Assembly (NCBI GenBank): GCA_965116495.1
Contig: OZ220696.1
Coordinates: forward strand, 3,680,001 to 3,744,000
Direction of reading: 5' to 3'
DNA: 64,000 bases
DNA from: Gammaproteobacteria bacterium
GTDB taxonomy: Bacteria; Pseudomonadota; Gammaproteobacteria; Eutrophobiales; Eutrophobiaceae
The number at the start of each line of letters is the position of its first letter. Position 1 is the first letter of the stretch. Below are positions 59,548-64,000 of the stretch, piece by piece. The position numbers were made by a program, and so were the translations under genes. The notes under the pieces are model-generated. The model saw only the letters and a list, made by a program, of their open reading frames with translations. It made no database searches and was not told where the DNA came from.

Positions 59548-59871
59548 ATGGCACAACAGGACATTCTTAATACGGCGCAGCACTGGCTGGACGAGGGTCG
59601 TGACATCGCCCTCGCTACCGTGATTGAAACCTGGGGTTCGGCGCCGTGTCCCAGCGGCAGTCACCTGGTGGTGGACGCGCAAACCAACTTCATCGGCTCC
59701 GTTTCCGGTGGCTGTGTGGAAACTGCCGTCATCGGTGAGGCGCAGGAAGTGATAAAAACCGGACAGCCGGTTGTGCTGGAATACGGTGTGACCAACGAGA
59801 TGGCCTGGGAGGTCGGACTGGCTTGCGGCGGTCGGATCAAGGTGTATGTGGAACCCCTGGTACACGCTTGA
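59548..59871 (+). CDS. XdhC/CoxI family protein, N-terminal module
   Basis: ATVIETWGSAP, GSVSGGCVE and GLACGG. Confidence 0.9.
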   Translation: MAQQDILNTAQHWLDEGRDIALATVIETWGSAPCPSGSHLVVDAQTNFIGSVSGGCVETAVIGEAQEVIKTGQPVVLEYGVTNEMAWEVGLACGGRIKVYVEPLVHA

Positions 59872-59875
59872 CGGC

Positions 59876-60562
59876 ATGCATACTTCATTACTGCAGGAGA
59901 TCAATAACTGCCGTTCGGCAAACAGGCCCTGCGTGTTATTCAGGAACCTGGACAACCATGAAAGCTTCGTGCTGGAACCCGGCCTGCACGTGGATGAAGA
60001 AGAAGCGGAACTGCACGAGCTTGCCATGCAGGCCCTGGCTGCAGACCAGTGTTTTCAGCGCGATCTCTATGGGCAGAACTATTTTATCCAGCCGTTCAAC
60101 AGCGCGCTGCACCTGATCATCATCGGCGCCGTGCACGTGGGTCAGCACCTTGCAGGCCACGCGCGGTCCTGTGGTTATGACGTTACCGTGGTCGATCCCA
60201 GGCAGGCGTTCGCCAGCGAGGCGCGCTTCCCCGGGGTGACGCTGAACCGGGACTGGCCCGATTTTGCCCTGGAGACGTTGGCGCCGGATACCCGCACCGC
60301 ACTGGTTACCCTGACCCATGATCCGAAGCTGGATGACCCGGCCCTGCAGGTGGCCCTGCGTTCCCCGGTTTTTTATATCGGCGCCCTGGGCAGCAGAAAG
60401 ACCCAGGCCGCCAGGGTGAAACGGCTGCAGGAAGCAGGTTTCACGGAGACTGAGATCGCCCGCATCAAAGCGCCGGTGGGTCTCGATATCGGGGCGCGCT
60501 CTCCCGCTGAAATTGCAGTGTCAATCATGGCCGAGATCACGGCCACGCTGCGTAGAAGATGA
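59876..60562 (+). CDS. XdhC family protein, Rossmann module
   Basis: GAVHVG, THDPKLDD, YIGALGS, PVGLDIG and PAEIAVSI. Confidence 0.9.
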   Translation: MHTSLLQEINNCRSANRPCVLFRNLDNHESFVLEPGLHVDEEEAELHELAMQALAADQCFQRDLYGQNYFIQPFNSALHLIIIGAVHVGQHLAGHARSCGYDVTVVDPRQAFASEARFPGVTLNRDWPDFALETLAPDTRTALVTLTHDPKLDDPALQVALRSPVFYIGALGSRKTQAARVKRLQEAGFTETEIARIKAPVGLDIGARSPAEIAVSIMAEITATLRRR

Positions 60563-60703
60563 TTCATCCGCAGATTACGCAGATTAACGCAGATGTAATA
60601 AAATTATTGATAACAGAATAAGTTATCGATAACTAAAAAACTCCACAAGTTTATTAATTTTTATATTTTTATCTGCGGTAATCTGCGTAATCTGCGGATA
60701 AAT
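60562..60703. mobile_element. MITE-like CCGCAGATT element between convergent stop codons
   Basis: ATTCATCCGCAGATTACGCAGATT ... AATCTGCGTAATCTGCGGATAAAT. Confidence 0.6.
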
Positions 60704-62025
60704 CACGCTTTTTTATTTCTTATCAGACGGTTGGTATAGAACAGCAACAGCAGGGCCGTTGCCAAGTTGCCGGAGACGGCGGCTATGCCGGCGCCGACCA
60801 GGCCAATTTCCTGTAGCAGCAGGACCAAAACCGATATATGCAGGATGGTCGTGACTATCCTGACATTCATGGATATATCGGGACGGCCTATGGAATACAG
60901 GGCCGGGTCCAGGGCAAACGTGGTCATCATGATGGCGGCGGCAAACATGAGCAGGATGAGCACATCGTAAGCATTGATGTACTCTGCGCCGAAAGTCAGG
61001 CTTAACAGGGATTGGCCAAACACGAAAACCACCAGCAGGATAACGCCTGCGATGGCTCCCGCAACCAGCGCAGAGTGGGTGACGACGCTCCACAGGCGGC
61101 GGTAATCCTTGTTGACCGCAATTTTTGCCATTTCCGGGTAAACCGTTTCGTTAAACAGTTGTGCGGGTTTGAGCAGCACGGTCGAGGCTTCCTGGGCAAT
61201 CTTGAAAAGTCCGGCGCCCACCGGTCCCATCAGGAAGCCGACGATCAGGGTCGCGATGTGCGCGGTTGAAGCATACAGGGTTCGATGGACATGGGAAGTC
61301 CAGATGAATGACAGTATCCCCTCGTGGGGACGAATCAAGTGTTTGAGTTCGAGGTTCATACCTTTGCTCAAACCCCGGTGCCTGAATTCACGCCAGCCGA
61401 ACCAGACGGTACCGAGACACTGCACCGCGCCGGCGGCAAACCAGAACAACAGGAACGCGCTGACATGCTGGTAAAAGAGATATGCAAGACAAGCGCCGAC
61501 CAGGCGGATAGTCGGGACGACCATCAGCATGACGGCTATCAGGTCGAAGCGGTCGAACAGGCGCAGCAGGCCCAGGGGGGTTGCCTTGAAGTTGAACAGG
61601 ATCATGATGCAATAGACGGATGCCACCGGGACCAGTTCCGGCGTTACGCCGAATGACGGGCCGACGATGGGAATGACCAGGATGCCCACCAACGCGCCGG
61701 CAACGCAAAAGCCGATATCCAGCAGCATCGTAAATTTGACCAGTTTCTGAAAATCTCCCTCTTTATTGCTTTCCAGGCATATGGCGCCGTACCTGACTAC
61801 GCACTGCGAGGTCTTCAGCGTGACAAAATCACGCACTGCGACGGCATAAGCATGGATGAGTATGAGCACGCCGAAGTTATGCGCGCCGAGGGCGCGGGTG
61901 GCCAGGGCAAGGTAGAGCAATCCGACCAGGGCCGTATACACCTTGCCCGCAGTCAGCATGGCGGAATTCTTGAACACCCGGCGAAACAGGCCGTCGTCTA
62001 CTACTTGTTCAGCGCTGGAAGACAC
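60703..62025 (-). CDS. Wzx/MATE-like flippase (lipopolysaccharide biosynthesis protein family)
   Basis: About 12 transmembrane segments, ATRALGAHNFG and GLVGAGIA. Confidence 0.78.
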   Translation of the reverse strand: MSSSAEQVVDDGLFRRVFKNSAMLTAGKVYTALVGLLYLALATRALGAHNFGVLILIHAYAVAVRDFVTLKTSQCVVRYGAICLESNKEGDFQKLVKFTMLLDIGFCVAGALVGILVIPIVGPSFGVTPELVPVASVYCIMILFNFKATPLGLLRLFDRFDLIAVMLMVVPTIRLVGACLAYLFYQHVSAFLLFWFAAGAVQCLGTVWFGWREFRHRGLSKGMNLELKHLIRPHEGILSFIWTSHVHRTLYASTAHIATLIVGFLMGPVGAGLFKIAQEASTVLLKPAQLFNETVYPEMAKIAVNKDYRRLWSVVTHSALVAGAIAGVILLVVFVFGQSLLSLTFGAEYINAYDVLILLMFAAAIMMTTFALDPALYSIGRPDISMNVRIVTTILHISVLVLLLQEIGLVGAGIAAVSGNLATALLLLFYTNRLIRNKKA

Positions 62026-62059
62026 TGACTAATCCTGGAATATTTCCGACCATCCCGTC

Positions 62060-62125
62060 GCCATTCCTGCACAAGCAGGAATCCAATATGTTTACGTATG
62101 GATTCCGGCTTACGCCGGAATGACG
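62060..62125. repeat. REP doublet
   Basis: CATTCCTGCACAAGCAGGAATCCA ... TGGATTCCGGCTTACGCCGGAATGAC. Confidence 0.75.
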
Positions 62126-62195
62126 TGCTGAAGTCTGAGTTCATGCTCGTCCGTCTATGGCTGGAGATTGGTTACTGAAGTCAGCAGGTGTCAGG

Positions 62196-63377
62196 TCATA
62201 CACTTGCAGACAACGCGGTAAACGCCCTACAAATTTTATCGATCTGTTCATCGGTATGCGCGGCGCTGACGCTGATGCGTACCAGTGATTTACCTGCCGG
62301 CGTGGCCGGGGGGAAGACCAGGTTGACGTAGATGCCATGTTCGTGCAGGCCGCGCCACAGCGCCAGGGCCTGCTCACGGGTGTCCAGCATGGCTGCGATC
62401 ACCGGGCAGGGCTCGGGTCCCAGTTCATAACCCGCATCAAGCAGGTGCCGGTACAGGCGGCGTGCGTGGCGCCAGAGCCGGGCGCGCAGGTCGGCGCCGT
62501 TTTCCACCCGTTTCAGCGCCTCGCGGGTGGACGCGATCACTGCGGGGCAGGGTGAGGCGGTGAAGATATAAGGCCGGCTCGCATAACGGATGAAGTCAAT
62601 CTGCGGGTGATTGCTGACACAGTAGCCTCCCGTGCTGGCCAGGCTCTTACTGAAGGTGCCGACGATAAAATCCGATTCGTTTATGACACCGGCCTCTTCG
62701 ACCAGCCCTCTGCCTCTCTCCCCCAGGACCCCGAGGGAATGGGCCTCATCGACCAGTAACAGCGCGCCGAAGGTGTTTTTTACCTCGATAATTTCCTTGA
62801 TGCGCGCCCTGTCACCCAGCATACTGTAGATACCTTCGATAATGACCAGGGTGTTGGCTGCGCGCTGTCCCAGCCGTTTCAGGCGTTTGTACAGGTCGTC
62901 CGGGTTGTTATGCCGGAACAGCACGATATCGGCGCCGCTCAGCCGGCAACCGTCGTAGATGCTGGCATGGCTGTCGGCGTCTATCAGGATCGTGTCGTCG
63001 TTATTCGTCAAGCCGGATATCACCGCCAGGTTTGCCTGGTAGCCGGTGGTGAATACCATGGCTTTGTCGCATTCGTAAAATGCCGCGATTTCCTGTTCCA
63101 GCGCGCGATGCCCGGCGAAGCTGCCGTTGGCCATTCTCGAACCGGTTGTTCCCGTACCCAGTTCATCCAGCGCCGCATGGGCCGCGTCCAGGCACTGTTT
63201 ATCGAAGGTGAGACCCAGGTAATTGTTGGTGCCGGCCAGGATCGTCCTCCTGCCGTTAATGCGCGCCTCCGTCGGGGAATAGATTTCTTCAATGGGCGCG
63301 CCGAAAGGGTCGACACCCTGCGCCAGCAGGTCATGCCGATCTTGTGCAAGGGACTGGAATTTGGCAAACAGGCTCAT
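62196..63377 (-). CDS. spt: Serine palmitoyltransferase (alpha-oxoamine synthase family)
   Basis: GTNNYLGL, GTTGSRMANG, HASIYDG, DEAHS and GTFSKS; adjacent ACP. Confidence 0.82.
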   Translation of the reverse strand: MSLFAKFQSLAQDRHDLLAQGVDPFGAPIEEIYSPTEARINGRRTILAGTNNYLGLTFDKQCLDAAHAALDELGTGTTGSRMANGSFAGHRALEQEIAAFYECDKAMVFTTGYQANLAVISGLTNNDDTILIDADSHASIYDGCRLSGADIVLFRHNNPDDLYKRLKRLGQRAANTLVIIEGIYSMLGDRARIKEIIEVKNTFGALLLVDEAHSLGVLGERGRGLVEEAGVINESDFIVGTFSKSLASTGGYCVSNHPQIDFIRYASRPYIFTASPCPAVIASTREALKRVENGADLRARLWRHARRLYRHLLDAGYELGPEPCPVIAAMLDTREQALALWRGLHEHGIYVNLVFPPATPAGKSLVRISVSAAHTDEQIDKICRAFTALSASV

Positions 63378-63382
63378 GTTTG

Positions 63383-63535
63383 GGAACCTCTGATTAAGTC
63401 AGAGGTTCCTACGATACATGGACGTATCGTCAAAATCAATGACTATATGTCATTGATTTTGGGAGCAAAACAAAAAGCACATTTTTTGTTTTGCGCATTC
63501 TGAACAAGTCCTGGACGGACTTGTTCAGAGTTTCC
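63383..63535. mobile_element. MITE-like element between acp and spt
   Basis: GGAACCTCTGATTAAGTC ... GACTTGTTCAGAGTTTCC. Confidence 0.75.
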
Positions 63536-63543
63536 GTAGATCC

Positions 63544-63795
63544 CTATGATGAGTTGATTACGGAGTGTACCCTGGTAGCCAGGTCCTTAACGGTATGGAC
63601 GTCCGCGAGCAGGTTGACCGGCAGCGATATGTCAAATTCATCTTCCATATCCATCAGCAGGTCCAGCACCTTGAATGAATCCAGTCCCAACTCCGTGACC
63701 AGGTTGGAATCTTCGTTCAACTCGACGCCGGACGGGGCCAGTCCGGACAGTTCAGTGTTAACCTTTGCCAGTATTTCCTCATAACTTACAGACAT
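63544..63795 (-). CDS. Acyl carrier protein (SPT-associated)
   Basis: LGLDSF phosphopantetheine site, MEDEFDI and TVKDL. Confidence 0.9.
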   Translation of the reverse strand: MSVSYEEILAKVNTELSGLAPSGVELNEDSNLVTELGLDSFKVLDLLMDMEDEFDISLPVNLLADVHTVKDLATRVHSVINSS

Positions 63796-63869
63796 ACATC
63801 GTTCTCCATTATATATCCAGATGACGGGTTCTTGTGGGTGTGACTCAAAGTGTGGTCAAACTCCTTACT

Positions 63870-63895
63870 GTCATTCCTGCGCAGGCAGGAATCCA
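63870..63895. repeat. REP hairpin
   Basis: GTCATTCCTGCGCAGGCAGGAATCCA. Confidence 0.75.
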
Positions 63896-64000
63896 GTCGA
63901 TTAACTTGTTGCTTGCGCCTGCCCCTACATGTTGTAAGCGGGGGACACATTATAAGGTGTCCCTTCGGGACGTTTTTTCACTGGATTCCTGCTCCCTGCT

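Noticed and set aside
59461-60027. ORF ending in NYELRIT repeats
   Set aside because: Antisense to xdhC and a read-through of the heptamer microsatellite.
59548-60562. Frameshifted xdhC pseudogene
   Set aside because: Two-gene XdhC arrangements are common, and both ORFs have their own starts and intact motifs.

Overview
High-GC, proteobacterial-looking chromosomal window (gene content resembles Gammaproteobacteria; this is inferred). It holds housekeeping genes (acs, argS, glcB, dxs, pgi, metY-like, metF-like). The hopanoid/lipid cluster is split into two blocks: hpnA, CDP-alcohol phosphotransferase, hpnN, PhnY-like dioxygenase, hpnG, squalene synthase and hpnL at 3.8-12.6 kb, and vacJ, hpnM, hpnB and hpnH at 38.9-42.7 kb; no squalene-hopene cyclase is present. 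There is also a phosphonate biosynthesis operon (cytidylyltransferase, pepM fused to an NTP transferase, ppd) and an acp-serine palmitoyltransferase-flippase locus. A catabolic block of about 19 kb carries a TonB receptor, amidohydrolase, SnoaL-diheme cytochrome fusion, Tat flavoprotein, PQQ quinohemoprotein, reductive dehalogenase-like protein, hydantoinase A/B, SDR, IacB-like protein, SemiSWEET, CoA ligase and LysR regulator. tRNA-Arg(CCT) carries a degraded integrated islet with an MNT-HEPN pair. The most striking non-coding signal is a 21-bp hairpin repeat, AATTTGGGACACCCAT(A/G)AATT, with about 42 copies in 15 loci. Copies are frequently spaced 34 bp apart, and forward copies always precede reverse copies. 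Several other REP/MITE families occur, and some copies sit in frame inside pgi, argS and hpnN. Best candidates for new biology: this repeat system and its protein-coding insertions, a predicted hydroxy-aminoethylphosphonate (sphingo)lipid pathway interleaved with hopanoid genes, a mini-PhaE::PhaC fusion, and an IacB/hydantoinase/dehalogenase-like catabolic cluster. All family assignments come from motifs recognised by eye, not from database searches.
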